From assembly GCA_012862495.1 (NCBI GenBank), contig BLSG01000385.1, positions 11,574 to 75,573 on the forward strand: a stretch of 64,000 nucleotides of DNA, given 5' to 3'. Origin of the DNA: Thraustochytrium aureum. Taxonomy: Eukaryota. This document shows positions 31,025 through 43,581 of the stretch, one piece after another (the first letter of the stretch is position 1; each line of letters begins with the position of its first letter). The notes under the pieces were generated by a model. The model was given only the letters and a program-made list of their open reading frames with translations, was not told the origin of the DNA and did no database searches. The translations under genes and the position numbers were made by a program.

Positions 31025-34000
31025 CTAGGCCGTGCCGTAGATCTTCTCAGAGGCCGCGGCAATCTGGACGAACACGTCCTCCAGCGTGGTCGCGGAAATC
31101 TGCCAATCGGAGATGCCGTTGCCGTCCGAGCGCGCCTGCATCGTCTCCCAGACATCCGCAAGGTGGATGTCGGCGCCGGACTCGATGCGGTACACCATCT
31201 TCGCGTTGATCTTGGACTCCAGCACTGCGTCGGGCATCGACTTGGCGACAAAGGCGCGCGCAGCAGCCTCGTCCGCCACAACCAGAATGAGCTTAAAGCC
31301 CTCGTTGTACTTGGTCTTGAGCGCTGTGGCCGTGCCGATCGTCTTGAGCTTGCCGTGCCCCATGATCGCGATGCGGTCGCTGAGCTTCTCAGACTCGCTC
31401 ATCAAGTGCGTGGTGAGGACAATGCAGCGCTTCTTCTTCTCGCGCATGACGAGCTCGTGCACGTGCGACCGCGTGACGGGGTCGACGCCAGTCGTCGGCT
31501 CGTCCAGGAACGTGACGCGAGGGTTGCCGAGGAAGCTGATGGCGATGCTGAGCCGCCGCCGCTGCCCACCAGAGAGCTGACGGGCTCGCTTTTGCTCGTG
31601 CCCGTTGAGCTGCACGGCGGCGATTGCGTTTTGCACAACGCGGAACTCGTCACTGCGGGACGCGCCCTTGAGCCGAGCGTACAGCAGGAGGTGCTCCTTG
31701 ACGGTCAGCTCTGGCCAGGTCACGTCGTGCTGCGGGCACACGCCGATCACCTGGTAGATTTCGTGCATCTTGGTTCGGATCGACTTGCCGTCCACAAAGG
31801 CGTTGCCGCCCGATGGGCCGTACAGCCCGGTCAGCATCGAGATGGTCGTCGACTTGCCCGCGCCGTTCGCACCGAGCAAGCTCGTGAGCGACCGGTCCTT
31901 CATGTGCATGGTGAGCCCGTCGACGGCCTGGAAGGCCCCGAACTGCTTCTTCAGGTTGACGATGCGGATCGGGGCATCGGCGACTTGTGGGCTGTCGGCG
32001 AGAACGAGACGGCGCTCCTGGATGACGTCCGCATCATCGCCATCGAGTCCTGCCTCATCCTCGTCTTCGCCATCTTCCATCTCGAGGTACTCGGGCGAGC
32101 TCTGGGGGCCCACGGGCTTGGCCGAGACCACGCCTTTCACAGCAGCGATGAGGTCTTCGATCGGAAAGAACGGGCCGCGGCGCACGCCAAACTCTTTCGG
32201 GAGCACGACGTCCAAGTACAGTGTGGCTGCAAAGCACACGATGGCCTCGATGATGAGGTAGCCCCAAACCTTGACCATCTCGTCGTTGCCGTCGAGGTCC
32301 TCCCAAAAGTAGCTCCGCTGGGTCAGCAGATACACGCCGCGGCAGTACGCAAACGGCGGGAACCAAACAAACCACGCCGGGGCGGGCAGGTAGGGCGTTT
32401 TGCTGAACACCAGCGTGTTGAGCACAAACCCAGCAATCGCGCTCGCGAGAACGAGCAGGTACAGCGCGATGTTGGCGTTCCTCGTGCGGCTGAAGAACAC
32501 GCTCAGCAGGAAAGCCAGGCCGACCTGCGCGTTGGCCCAGAGGAGCAGCAGGATGAGCACGATGCCAAACTGGTGGTTGGCAAACACCGGCGCGCCGAGC
32601 GCCAACCCGAGCACGTAACACAGCCCCAGGGCGATGACGGCGAGCGTCATGTCAAACGCGTACTGCACAGCCCAGTACGCTCGCATCCGCAGGCCCATCA
32701 TCAGCATGTTGGCGCGCAGCTTGTTCTCCTTCTCGTGCACGATGTGGAACACAAAGACAGGCAGGAGAAACGAGGTCGCCAGAGGGACCAGAACCGAACC
32801 CATGATCGTGTAGATCTCGTTCATCAAAAATTGTGCCAGCTCCGCTTGCTCAGCGTCTTCGCCGTACGGAAAGGGGCGAAGGCCTACTGCGAGCTCGACG
32901 TTGCCCGCGCCAGCAAGGGGGCTGCTTGCCGAAGCAGGGGCAGAGCGGAGCAGGGCCGAGACCAACCCGTTCAACACGTTGTTCGCCAGGTTAGCCTGTT
33001 GCACGTACTCCTCGTCTTCGACCTTGACAGCGCCAGCGATGGGCCTGATCAGCAGATTCTTGCATGACGAACTCCCTCCGTAGAAATCCTCGGTCCTGAG
33101 AGGCTCATCCATGTCCACTCCTGTGAACGCGTACTCGCCATTGTACGAGCACTCGGTGCTTTCACCAAGGTACGTCTGCAGCGTGAACGCGACGCGACCC
33201 TTGGCGAGGTCAAGCTCACTGAAGAGCAGCGCCGCCTCTGGGAAGCTGTTCTCGAAAATCTTGGACGCCGCCAAAAGTCCCTCAAAGGTTCGCGGCACGG
33301 GCCCAACAAACTCGTTGCGACCATTTCGGTAATCCTCTTGCGCCTGGATCAGCATCTCGTTGACTGCCATGCCCGGGTCTCCGTTGCGCAACTCGGCGCT
33401 CAGTGCGCTGAAACGGGACAAGGAAGAGATGGGGCAAATGTCCACGCCATTCCAGAACGTCGTGGTTTTCTGCGCGGCGTTGCCCGGGTTGTATCCCCCG
33501 TTGTTGTTACCCTCGTCGAAATCCACTTCAGTGCTTCGAATCCCGACCGGATATTGCGCAAGGATGCCGCCACCAACCGTGGCCGCGCTAAGGAGCGGGC
33601 CTAAGACTTCCTGCGCCGCCGTCGCGTTGACAAAGCTGCACGAGTTCCGGTTTCGCGGGGGTAAAACCCTTCTCCAAAACTCAGGAATAACTTTTCTGGA
33701 GGGAAGATCGAGGACGAGTACCCACCGCTTCCGCCGGAGCACTGAAATGCAATCGTGTCGTTGTTGACAACGAGAAGACCAGACTCGTCAGGTTGCGCAT
33801 CCGCCGCACAGCGAGACCCCAAAGCAGCTACTATCCCCGGGGAGCTCGCACCAAAAACAATGCGCGATCCGACGGCCAGTGTGGTATCGTACCGCGCATC
33901 GTCAATGAAGATCCTGAAGTTGTCGGCTTCCGCGTGCAGGTCGGAACCAAACCAAAGGGCCGGGTCCATCAAAAGTTCTCCTTGGGAGAGGCGCTCCGAT

Positions 34001-37000
34001 TCGTCAAACGCAAAGCATCTCTGAGACGTGTCGCTCGAAACGCAGTGCGAATAGAACTCGTTGGACATGGCGAAAACCTTGGCTGCCTTCTCTGCGCCGT
34101 ACACTCGCTCGAAATCCTTCTTGTTCGACACTTCTTGACGATTATCCAACATGAAAAGAGAATCTTGGTACGACGACGTAAAGCTGCTTGAGATCTCGGA
34201 TTTGTTGGCGAACTGTCCAACCGCGCAGTCGGGGTATGAGCAAAACGGGCCACTGCTCTCGTCCGGGTTTTCGAGAAACGATCTCATCATTTCCACGTTG
34301 CTGATCAAGCAGTATCGGCAGTTCTCGAAGTTGCTGTCGTAGTTGCCGCCGTTGTAAAAGTCGTCATTCCCGATATTGCCGAGAATCTCGTTTTCCAGGA
34401 CAATCAGGAGCGCCCCCATGGCGGCGATCAGTATCAGCGGAATGCTGATCTGGCAACACACCGTCTTGCGCTGCCGCAGCTGCAACGTGACCGACTTGCG
34501 AAACAGCGCGCGTGCCTGCCCCATGAAGCTGTCGTGAAAAGCGGCGTCCTCTGCAAACTCCACCTCGCCTTCGCCGCCGCCCACGACGTTGGCGATCGGA
34601 ACGCCTACATCATTAAGCATCGCCTGCTCGACGAGCTGGCTGGCCAGGGCAGTTTTGAGTTTCGGGGCCTTCTCCTGCTCGTCGAGAGACNCAAAAACGT
34701 CCTCCAGCGAGGTCTGGCTCAGGCCCCAGTCCTTGGCGCCACCTTCGGCGATGATCTCGTCGACACGGCGGAAAAGCCGGGCGGCGTCCTTGAAGGCGGA
34801 CGGGCGGATGGTGAAGATGAGCGGGCCTGTGGAACTGGCGGCAGACTCGGGGTCGACCTCGGCGCTGGGCATGGTGCGGAGGATGTTGTCGAGGACGGCC
34901 TTGCGCGCCCCGGGCCCANNNNNNNNNNNNNNNNNNNNNNNNNNNNNNNNNNNNNNNNNNNNNNNNNNNNNNNNNNNNNNNNNNNNNNNNNNNNNNNNNN
35001 NNNNNNNNNNNNNNNNNNNNNNNNNNNNNNNNNNNNNNNNNNNNNNNNNNNNNNNNNNNNNNNNNNNNNNNNNNNNNNNNNNNNNNNNNNNNNNNNNNNN
35101 NNNNNNNNNNNNNNNNNNNNNNNNNNNNNNNNNNNNNNNNNNNNNNNNNNNNNNNNNNNNNNNNNNNNNNNNNNNNNNNNNNNNNNNNNNNNNNNNNNNN
35201 NNNNNNNNNNNNNNNNNNNNNNNNNNNNNNNNNNNNNNNNNNNNNNNNNNNNNNNNNNNNNNNNNNNNNNNNNNNNNNNNNNNNNNNNNNNNNNNNNNNN
35301 NNNNNNNNNNNNNNNNNNNNNNNNNNNNNNNNNNNNNNNNNNNNNNNNNNNNNNNNNNNNNNNNNNNNNNNNNNNNNNNNNNNNNNNNNNNNNNNNNNNN
35401 NNNNNNNNNNNNNNNNNNNNNNNNNNNNNNNNNNNNNNNNNNNNNNNNNNNNNNNNNNNNNNNNNNNNNNNNNNNNNNNNNNNNNNNNNNNNNNNNNNNN
35501 NNNNNTCGCCCCCGGAAGGGGCGATCATGCCCGACAGAATGTTGATCGCGGTGGTCTTTCCTGCGCCGTTGTGGCCGAGCAGCGCAAAGCACGACCCCTT
35601 CTCGAGCGCCAGCGTGAGGCCATTCACGGCACGAAACGGGGTGCCAGTGAACCCAAGAAACCCTCCCCCAAAGTCCCGAACCAGATCGCGGAGGACAACA
35701 GGGTACCTTGATTGGTCCATGCGCTCGCCGCCGGCGACGGCGCGCTCTTCAGCGGCGACGTCGGGGTCCTTCACCTCGTCGGACGACATCAAGGGCTGCG
35801 CGCCGGCCGAAGCGAACGGGTTTTTCACGCCGAGTGACCCGAACCAGTACCAGGGCGTGAGCGGGAACCAGGCGCGCTCGGCGCGGCCGTGGCCGAACGT
35901 CCAGACCTGGCCGAGGTACCAGGCGAGTACGATCCACAGCGCCGCTGCGCCGTACATGGCCAAGACCGAGCTCAGGTCTGAAGGGAGGCTGAATAGGCAC
36001 AAGCACTCTGTTGGCTGCCAGGATCCGGGGTTGAGGATGAAGGCGGCGCCATCCACTGCCTCGCAGACCTGTTTGGAGACGCTCTGCGACCAATCGTAAG
36101 AGCACTGTTGCGAAGCGCAGGTCAAGTAGTCGTTGCCCCCGCAGAAGAACTGGTGCACATAGCATAGGCGTTTCTCCTGCCCGGACCTGCACACCTCGGC
36201 GTAATCCAGCGTGCGGTTGATCGTCTCGAGCCGGATCGGGTTGGCGTACTGGTACGCTCCGCCAGCGGCGTCCTCCCATGTATAGGTTCCTGGAGCAAGT
36301 GCGAACTCGCCTGTCACCGGGTCCCGGGCAGCGCGGTCCTTTGTCATGCCGTACATCATATTCTCCACCTTGGCGAACAGGAGAGGCGGGTACAGGTTGA
36401 TCAGGTTGCGCGCGCCGTCGCTGAGGCGATACGGCGAATACATCAAGTCGAACAGGTCGAAAAACTGCACGCTGACGACGAGCTGGAAGATCAGGGCGAG
36501 AGCGAGCAGCAGGAACCCGGCCATGATGGCAGCCTTTGTGTTGGGCATCAGCGTGCTGAGCGCCATGGAGAAGGCCGCCATGGACATCAGGTAGCTGAAC
36601 AGAGTAAAGACCATCCACGACGCGGTTGTCTGCTTGAACACGTTGACGTCCATGGCCATACCGGCGAGCACCATCAGGATGGAGGCGACAAGCATGAGGA
36701 CCGCGTAGTAGATGGTCCAGGAGAGCCAGTAGCAGGACNNNNNNNNNNNNNNNNNNNNNNNNNNNNNNNNNNNNNNNNNNNNNNNNNNNNNNNNNNNNNN
36801 NNNNNNNNNNNNNNNNNNNNNNNNNNNNNNNNNNNNNNNNNNNNNNNNNNNNNNNNNNNNNNNNNNNNNNNNNNNNNNNNNNNNNNNNNNNNNNNNNNNN
36901 NNNNNNNNNNNNNNNNNNNNNNNNNNNNNNNNNNNNNNNNNNNNNNNNNNNNNNNNNNNNNNNNNNNNNNNNNNNNNNNNNNNNNNNNNNNNNNNNNNNN

Positions 37001-37763
37001 NNNNNNNNNNNNNNNNNNNNNNNNNNNNNNNNNNNNNNNNNNNNNNNNNNNNNNNNNNNNNNNNNNNNNNNNNNNNNNNNNNNNNNNNNNNNNNNNNNNN
37101 NNNNNNNNNNNNNNNNNNNNNNNNNNNNNNNNNNNNNNNNNNNNNNNNNNNNNNNNNNNNNNNNNNNNNNNNNNNNNNNNNNNNNNNNNNNNNNNNNNNN
37201 NNNNNNNNNNNNNNNNNNNNNNNNNNNNNNNNNNNNNNNNNNNNNNNNNNNNNNNNNNNNNNNNNNNNNNNNNNNNNNNNNNNNNNNNNNNNNNNNNNNN
37301 NNNNNNNNNNNNNNNNNNNNNNNNNNNNNNNNNNNNNNNNNNNNNNNNNNNNNNNNNNNNNNNNNNNNNNNNNNNNNNNNNNNNNNNNNNNNNNNNNNNN
37401 NNNNNNNNNNNNNNNNNNNNNNNNNNNNNNNNNNNNNNNNNNNNNNNNNNNNNNNNNNNNNNNNNNNNNNNNNNNNNNNNNNNNNNNNNNNNNNNNNNNN
37501 NNNNNNNNNNNNNNNNNNNNNNNNNNNNNNNNNNNNNNNNNNNNNNNNNNNNNNNNNNNNNNNNNNNNNNNNNNNNNNNNNNNNNNNNNNNNNNNNNNNN
37601 NNNNNNNNNNNNNNNNNNNNNNNNNNNNNNNNNNNNNNNNNNNNNNNNNNNNNNNNNNNNNNNNNNNNNNNNNNNNNNNNNNNNNNNNNNNNNNNNNTCC
37701 GTGAACAGGGTCTGGCGCGACAGGGCGCCCGCCCTTCCGCGCTGGACAGCTTCCTTTGTCCAT
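31025..37763 (-). CDS. Full-length ABCA-subfamily lipid transporter (two TMD-NBD halves); gaps and one frame break near 33700
   Basis: NBD1 ALLGHNGAGKTT; NBD2 LLGANGAGKST, GVCPQHD, LSGGQRRRLSIA, LDEPTTGVDP; IVHEKENKLRANMLMMGL, QARALFRKS, TTLEDVF. Start at 37763 is tentative. Confidence 0.93.
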
Positions 37764-37876
37764 CTCGTTTTCTTTTTGTTTCACCTTTTTTTGTTTCACT
37801 TTTTGCTGTTTTGACTCCAATCAAACCTGCTCCTCTCAGCTAAGAGCCTCTGTCCAACGCCTCTCGAGTCCGTGTG

Positions 37877-37933
37877 CTAGCGAGTAGCAGCAGAGTCAGA
37901 AGTGGAAGGAGGCGGTCATGCTCGTCTACTTAC
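37877..37933 (-). other. Probable 5'-UTR intron (57 nt) of the ABCA gene
   Basis: GTAAGT donor, CTGAC branch at 37895-37899 and TAG acceptor, upstream of the putative ATG. Confidence 0.6.
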
Positions 37934-39848
37934 CGGTGTCCACAGGAGCGGCGCGGTGGCTCACTCGTGTTCTTCTGCGCGGCGATGGCCCTGCCAGCGC
38001 GGCCACTTGGGAGGAGGTAGCGCTGTGTGGCGCTCTCGAGCCTCTCAGCGAAAGTGGGCGAGCACCGCCAGTGATAGTCTTCTGAGTAGCTACTAGCTCT
38101 AGAGAGTAGAGAGAGTAGGTGAGTAGGGTATGTACGAAAGTCTACTCTCTGTACCGCACTCTCCTGCCTCGTGGGAGGGAGCAACGCCCGTATTCTCAGA
38201 GTCAGCGCCGGGGTAGTCGAATTGCAGCCTGGGACAATGGGCGCACGAGCCACCTGGCGGGCGAGAATCCCCCTCCTCCTCCTCCTCCTCCTCTTGCTGC
38301 TGCGGTACGTACTGCAGAAGACAACGAGGATCCAAACCCGTGACAGGGCCGTGTTGGCGTGCCCCCGTGACAGGGCCTTGTGGGCGTGCACGCTCCGGAG
38401 ACGACTCGTCTTTCTTGAAAGTATAGAGTTTTTCTGTTTTCTGTTTTGTACACCTTGCATGATGGATGCATGATCGGCCAAAGCCAAGGCGGCATCCCAA
38501 TCTGTACACGATTGACGCTGTTCTGATCACGCTGCCAGCGATCCCCCCTAGAAAACCCCAGTTCAGCGCGGCCACGCACGCACTCGCCTTGCTGGCACCA
38601 ACCAAGGGACAACCACCCATCGCGCCGTGGAGAGAGGAGGCACAAGCCAGTCGAAACGACCAAATCTCCCTCAAAATTGCTAGCGAGCTAGCGCTTGGGC
38701 CATCCGGTGGTGTGTACCAGAACGAGTATTGAAACCGCCGTAGGTTTCAAAAGCACACACGTCTGGCTTGGCAGCGTGGGTGGGTGGGCCAATGAGGAGG
38801 CGTGGCTTTGCACGGACAGGACGCCAGAGCCGCTCCTCGCACTGCAATTGCGCGGGGTCGGCCTCTTGTTGCGGAGCCAGGCTGGAGCAACGATCCCCCC
38901 GGTGATTCGCTTTGAGAGAATGTCAACGCGCGGCAGCTATGACAGCGCCGGCTCCGCTCGCTCGCCTCAACACAAGCGCATCCAACGCGTCAAGTAAAAC
39001 GCAGGCTTCGTTGGCTACCTTTCGGCTGATCCGCCAAGAGTTGCTTGGTGCAACTTTTTCGATCCGCGGGTGATGATCGTCAACAGTTTCATCGCTGACG
39101 ATTCGTGTCAGCATCGGAAGGTCATCAAGCAATTGTCAGGCTCTTCGACCCGACCAGCGAGGGTTGCCCGCCGCCGCCGGTGGGCGTGCCGAGGCCAGTG
39201 CCTTCATGTCTGTCCATTTTCTCGTTGCCTTCGGCTGTGCCTCGCTCTTGCCGACTCGGCCGCGGGGACGGGCACAAGCGTACTTGGCTTTCTCAAGGCC
39301 TCGACCCGTGCAATCGCAGTATGAGCATGCGGAAATCATGCCAGTGTTTGGCGGGTCCGTGAACCGGCACGGCTGGGAATCCTCTCAAGTGTGCCAATGC
39401 CGAGCCACGCGAGCCAGTTCTGAACGCGATCCGCCGAAACGCACGCGAGAGGCCCGAGGACTAGCCAGTGATCGAGTAGGCTGGCCAGGCCGGCTGGCTG
39501 GCTGGCTGGCTGGCTCGCCAACGTGTTCGCTGGCGGGCGCAACTGTTCAACGGGCGCTAGTGAACTACCACAATCGAGCGCATCTCCGAGCCGTCGTCGC
39601 CCGTTCGTCGCAACAAGCTCTCCAGAAAGTGGAAGCCGTGCGTGCGTTGGCTACCCAGTAGAGCACGTGGAAACCGTACGTGGGTTGGATTAAAAGTACC
39701 CATTAGAGAAGGTGCTCGGGTACATACATACTCATTGGTGAACTGGACAGGGGTTGGAACTTCGGCAAGAGTTTAATTTAAGAAACGGCATCGCGGAGAG
39801 CCTGAGGCTGGTCAAGGCGCGCTGCTGCCAGCCTGCAGCATTTCTGTG

Positions 39849-42566
39849 TCACACGAAAAGAACCACCTCGCTAATGGAGCGCGGCCTTGCGTCCGCGGCC
39901 TGCTGCTTGTGTTGGAGCTGCAGGTCATCGTCAGCCCCGTCAGATTCGCAGGCGACCTCCTCGAACTCGACCTCCATCCCGTCAGACAGGCACGAGACGC
40001 GGTCCGAGGCGTCGTCGTTGTTGTCGTCGTCTTCCTCGTCGTCTTCCTCGTCGGAAGAAGACGAAGCGCACATCACGAGGTCGTGCAAGAGCTGCATCGT
40101 CGTCGGCGAGTCTGGCGGCAAAGTGGCCTGGAAAACTGCCAGGGCGCGGCTGAGGTACCGAGCGGCAGAGGCAGGCTCGCCCCGTGCGCTGGCCAGCGAA
40201 CCCAGTATTGCCATTGTCTCACCGACGTGCGGGTGGCCTGGGCCCTGGAACGTCAACCCAATGTCAAGCGCGTCCATGAGCGCGTCTTTCGCAGAATGAT
40301 ACTCGCCCTGCTTGATGCGGATGCGGCCGAACAGGTTGAGCGTCTGCACAAGACGTGGGTGCTTGCGCCCCAACAGCTTCCACTGGAGCGTCAGGCTCTG
40401 CCGCACAAAGATGAGGGCCATCCCGATTTCGCCCATCGCCAGGTGCACAGCAGCAATGTTGAACAGGACGAGCGCCTGCTCCGTGGTCTGCTGCTTGATT
40501 GCACACAGGACAACGCGCGCTTCCTGAAGCTTGACCATGGCTGCGTCCAGGTGCCCAAGCTGGCGAAGCACGTAGCCTATGTTGTTGAGGGTTGAACCCA
40601 CGAGCGGGTGGCCGCGGCCCAGCTGGGTGTACTGGATCTCCAAGGCGGCCTCAAACTGCTCGAGCGACGCAGTGTGCTGCTCCATCTCCCCCAGGGCGGA
40701 ACCCAACAAATTGTGGGCAGCAGCCACCTCGATGTGCTGCGAGCCGAGCGCTGCGACGAGGCCTTTCATGACGACAACGATCTCCGACACGGCACACTCG
40801 TATGAGCCCTCCCTGACCATGACGGCTGCAACCATCTGTCTTGCACGCAGCGCGCGAGGGTGCTGGGCCCCGAAGGCGCATTCTTCCGCGGCCAGGTTGT
40901 TGCGCAGCATTTCCTTGGCCTTGGCATGGTCGCCCAACTCGAGGTGCACGAGTGCAATGCCTTGCAAAGTGTTGAGAACGTTTGGGTGCGTCTGGCTCGC
41001 TGCGGGCGCTCCGATTGGTGCGCTTTGCGCGGGGGCTGGTCCAGGAGGTGCGATGCGGCTCATCTGCAGCGCGAGCGCCTCGTTGTACCGCTTCAAGGCA
41101 TCTGCAAAGCGGCACCGAGCATAGAGCACGTTTCCCATGTTGTGGCGAACCACGCCAAGAGCAGGGCTCGTGTTTGCCTCGTAGGCAGCGCCAGCTAACT
41201 CGTAGCAGGTCATGGCTTCATCGAGCCGCCCTTGCTCGAAGCGCACGCCACCCAAGTCGTTAAGGAGTCCAGCGCGCTCGAAGGTCGTTGCGGCCCCGAG
41301 CAGCTCCAGCCCGCGCTCGAGCGTCTCGGCAGCGCATGCAAACCGATTTTGGGCGGACAGCGTCGCTGCAAGGTTTTGCAGGACATTGGCGCGCCCCCGA
41401 GGACTCGCTCCCGTTCTCTCAAGACAAGCGAGGGCCTCGCGAAAGCAGGTTTCAGCTTGCTTGTACTCGGCAAGCAGCGACAGCACGCCGCCATAGTCGT
41501 TCAAGAGGTGCGCCAGCTCGCTGCTCTCCGCGTGCTGCGCGTTGTCGATCAAGGACACCAACCCGCGCTGCTGGAGGACCGCAAGCCGCAGAAACTCCGA
41601 CAGGGCGCCGCGCAGACTCACGCCAGCGTCAGCTCGCTCGCAATCCTCGAGAAGCGCGGCCTGAGTCTCATCGAGGGCAGCGGTGGATCCGCTTGGTGCG
41701 ACCAAGCCGCTCCACCGCGGCAGCGCAAACCGGCCGACCTGGACCTCGTAATCGTCTCGCAGTGCCTTGAGCAGGACGCGCTGCTCGCCAGGCGCCAGAA
41801 CAAGCTGGAGCGGAATGTTGGCATGAGCTGCTTCGACAATGTCCGCGACAGACACGGCGCAGGCTAGCACTTCCAGTTTGACGGCGCACGCGCTGTACAG
41901 CATGGCGCGGTCTGCTTGCCACGTCACGCGCGATCGAATCTGGGCCGCTTTGTTGGCCGGGGCGTTGGCGATGCATGCGCATAGGGCTGGCACGAAAACG
42001 CGGTCGATGCCCTGCAATTCCATCACGTCCGCAATCGCCCCAAGCATCGGCGCCACGTGCACAGCCCAGGCGTGAATAACGACCGCGTACTCGACATCGT
42101 CCCCAACGTCCGTTGGCGCAGCTCTCTGCGGTTTCAGTTGCCGCGATTCGCTCTCGGCGAAAGCGGCGAGAGCGAGGTTCGACGCGTCCCACTCCGCGGC
42201 CGGCTTGGCCCGCAACTTGACAATATCCACCACGGCTGTCAGCTCAATGTCAGGGCCCGCCACGACAACTTGCGTGCCGCGATCGGCATACTCTTTGAAA
42301 CGGACCACGGACCCCGGTTTGAGCCACTCGTTCCTCCCTGAGCCAGCGCTCGTAAGGCAAACCCAGTCCAGCGTCGTGAACAGCTGCGAGGTGCGATCGC
42401 GCAGCAGCATCTCTCGGATCGCGCGCAGCTCTCTCGCAGAGAACAGGCTTGCCTGCTGCTCGCTGTTTGTGCCCGCCTCGCGCTCTTGCGAACTTGCATT
42501 GTCTGAACGCAATACATGAGTTGCGAGCGCGCTGAACAGGCTCGACATCGCGCTGGAACAGAGCAA
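39849..42566 (-). CDS. TPR-repeat protein (kinesin light chain/nephrocystin-3-like TPRs) with acidic tail
   Basis: About 10 TPRs of the HP...TLNNIG type (GRGHPLVGSTLNNIGYVLRQLG, HPRLVQTLNLFG, HPHVGETMAILG). Start uncertain. Confidence 0.85.
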   Translation of the reverse strand: MLCSSAMSSLFSALATHVLRSDNASSQEREAGTNSEQQASLFSARELRAIREMLLRDRTSQLFTTLDWVCLTSAGSGRNEWLKPGSVVRFKEYADRGTQVVVAGPDIELTAVVDIVKLRAKPAAEWDASNLALAAFAESESRQLKPQRAAPTDVGDDVEYAVVIHAWAVHVAPMLGAIADVMELQGIDRVFVPALCACIANAPANKAAQIRSRVTWQADRAMLYSACAVKLEVLACAVSVADIVEAAHANIPLQLVLAPGEQRVLLKALRDDYEVQVGRFALPRWSGLVAPSGSTAALDETQAALLEDCERADAGVSLRGALSEFLRLAVLQQRGLVSLIDNAQHAESSELAHLLNDYGGVLSLLAEYKQAETCFREALACLERTGASPRGRANVLQNLAATLSAQNRFACAAETLERGLELLGAATTFERAGLLNDLGGVRFEQGRLDEAMTCYELAGAAYEANTSPALGVVRHNMGNVLYARCRFADALKRYNEALALQMSRIAPPGPAPAQSAPIGAPAASQTHPNVLNTLQGIALVHLELGDHAKAKEMLRNNLAAEECAFGAQHPRALRARQMVAAVMVREGSYECAVSEIVVVMKGLVAALGSQHIEVAAAHNLLGSALGEMEQHTASLEQFEAALEIQYTQLGRGHPLVGSTLNNIGYVLRQLGHLDAAMVKLQEARVVLCAIKQQTTEQALVLFNIAAVHLAMGEIGMALIFVRQSLTLQWKLLGRKHPRLVQTLNLFGRIRIKQGEYHSAKDALMDALDIGLTFQGPGHPHVGETMAILGSLASARGEPASAARYLSRALAVFQATLPPDSPTTMQLLHDLVMCASSSSDEEDDEEDDDNNDDASDRVSCLSDGMEVEFEEVACESDGADDDLQLQHKQQAADARPRSISEVVLFV

Positions 42567-43581
42567 ACAGAAGCGGGTCGAAGCGCGCTTCTCTGGCCCC
42601 GCTCAGCTGCCACAGTGAGCAAGCACGCGCTCTGCTCGATAGCCACTCGGTCGAGCTCCCCTTGAACGAAAGCGTCTCCTTGATTGGGATTTGATCGCCG
42701 AGCGCCCTGTGTGCTCAGCGCAGCTGACATGCTACCAATGGAAATGACCCGCGCGACTCGGCGCAAAATCGCATTGGTTCGCTGTGCGCCACGACCGCGG
42801 GACGCTTTCGCGCTCCTCTGTCCAGCCGTGTTCCTCGAAGCTGGCTGGCCACCACCGCGTCGTGACGTGGTCGCCAATCAATCAATCCGCAAGAAACAGT
42901 TTCTCGTGTTTCTGTCTGCCAGTGCACAATCTACACGGTCCGAGTCGGAAGTGCTTTTTGTTATTGAAAAGGCCTGCCCGCATCGGCGGCGCTCGCTCTC
43001 GAGTCTCCTGGAACGAGCCACGTCATCGCCCTTTCTTCGCACGTTCCACCCCGAGCAGAACCCTGAGCGCCGAGGTCATGCAGAACCCTGCCCAGTGGGT
43101 GCACGAAGTGTGAAGGCCTACCCTTACTGTAGGGGTCTGTCGTCCGCAAGACACGCACATCAGCGCGCGATTGTGGCCTTTGACGCGGCAGGCGCCCTGC
43201 CCCCATACCGGTTGCCTTCTGCTGCTGCTGCTGCTGCGCTGCTGCTGCTNNNNNNNNNNNNNNNNNNNNNNNNNNNNNNNNNNNNNNNNNNNNNNNNNNN
43301 NNNNNNNNNNNNNNNNNNNNNNNNNNNNNNNNNNNNNNNNNNNNNNNNNNNNNNNNNNNNNNNNNNNNNNNNAGACAGTCAAGCGCCGAGAAGCGCTCAC
43401 GAGTCCGGGTTGGCTCGCAACCTGCAGTCAGAAGATGTCGATCGGCCGAGCTGGGCGGGCGGGCGGGCGGGCGGGCGGGCGATTCACGCCAATTGCTTGT
43501 GCAGAGCGCAGAGTTGCGTGCTCAACTTCCGACACAACACGACGGCAGCTTGGGACGCACCGGTAGGCGTTTTGAGGTGAG

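Noticed and set aside
31163..33067. 634-aa plus-strand ORF and similar long antisense ORFs
   Set aside because: Shadow ORFs opposite real genes, caused by GC-rich codon usage.
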